The notes beneath the pieces are model-generated. The model saw only the letters and a list, made by a program, of their open reading frames with translations, searched no databases and was not told the DNA's origin. A stretch of 64,000 nucleotides of DNA from a virus (Duplodnaviria; Caudoviricetes). Positions 63,251-64,000 of the stretch are shown here, piece by piece (within the stretch, counting starts at the first letter, position 1; each line of letters begins with the position of its first letter). Position numbers and translations under genes: made by a program. The stretch lies in IMG/VR virus record IMGVR_UViG_3300037067_019009, positions 64,001 to 128,000 of that record; one strand, 5' to 3'.

Positions 63251-63578
63251 CTCCTTTCAACTCAGTTTATTACGTTCCCATATCTACGAGAACACCTCAG
63301 GTAATTTAGTAAAGCCATGCACCTGGCCTGTAGAACTTCATCAAACGGTTCTATTACGAACTTATCTTTAGTCAGGGTATCAAACCCTAAATGAGCGGCC
63401 TCCTTACATATCATGTCGATCTCATGCTGAGCAGCAGCCTCGCTCTCGTACTTAACAAGGCCCTGCTCTGGGCATTCACAATCTTCCTCAGTATACCAGT
63501 AGAGTAATCCCATGAATGTCCCCTGGAAGATACCGTACTCAGTATGTCTTATCTGGTAAGCCATAAACATCTCCTTTC

Positions 63579-64000
63579 TTACTGTGGTGGCAACAAAGCC
63601 ACGCGCTCACCAAACCTAGAAAACACCCCAGTCATCAAGGGCTTGATAGTCTTTTCCCAGTTCAAGCCTCCCAACCCACACCCAAGAGCGGGTATCGCCA
63701 GTCGCATCTCTGGATGAGTCTCCAGAGTTTTAGCCAGCCCGTAGCACGCAGCCGTTATTCTGGCCACCGTAGACTTATCTCTCCAGTCTCCCTTCGTAGG
63801 GACGCAAATTACTCTATATCCCTCATGAACCATTAGAGACTGACCAGACTTAAGACTAAGCCCATAGGACTTGGCTAAGTTCTGGAACCTGATCTTTGCT
63901 TGGAGCGCCAAGCCGGCACCCATAACAGCCTCACCATTACTCTTAACACATTCGTTGGTAGGAATAACGATGTGATAACCGGAACTATAGTAATCCCAGA
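63579..64000 (-). CDS. Macro domain (ADP-ribose processing) protein, 5' end outside window
   Basis: IVIPTN...GEAVMGAGLA, PTKGDWR, IPALGCGLGGLNW. Confidence 0.88.
   Translation of the reverse strand, partial: WDYYSSGYHIVIPTNECVKSNGEAVMGAGLALQAKIRFQNLAKSYGLSLKSGQSLMVHEGYRVICVPTKGDWRDKSTVARITAACYGLAKTLETHPEMRLAIPALGCGLGGLNWEKTIKPLMTGVFSRFGERVALLPPQ

Noticed and set aside
1-64000. Stop-codon reassignment, as seen in some large phages
   Set aside because: Conserved proteins are full length under code 11, TAG, TGA and TAA all end genes, and no canonical suppressor tRNA is present

Overview
64 kb from a large bacteriophage or phage-like extrachromosomal element. Genes are dense and essentially all on the minus strand. 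There are many small hypothetical ORFs and tRNAs, and no virion structural genes are recognisable in this window. Recognisable coding content: class III anaerobic ribonucleotide reductase (nrdD plus partial nrdG); dispersed RNA-repair-type proteins (RlaP-like nucleotidyltransferase, calcineurin-like phosphoesterase, cyclic-phosphate receiver, Ro60/TROVE, Macro); two radical SAM enzymes, one linked to four 'D(V/L)ITNSS' paralogs; nucleoside hydrolase; BtpA; a PEP-CTERM protein; a degenerate sigma-70 factor; SSB; a complete E2-JAB-E1-Ubl ubiquitin-like operon; a PP2C-kinase-nicotinamidase-vWA (TerY-P-like) operon; a HisRS anticodon-domain fusion; RNase H-DUF488; and a compact two-gene double-psi beta-barrel RNA polymerase. 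The strongest signal is non-coding. A perfect sigma70 promoter drives three tandem mini Y RNAs and then a tRNA body whose anticodon loop is replaced by a circularly permuted Y-RNA Ro-binding module, directly upstream of Ro60. Three more tRNA scaffolds have remodelled anticodon arms, one with a 160-nt insert. A free-standing mimic of the 23S rRNA L11-binding domain (H43/H44) is split by a 182-nt insert. A parS-like 14-bp palindrome recurs across the window. All calls come from manual motif reading and base-pairing; no searches or folding programs were run, so novelty is unverified.
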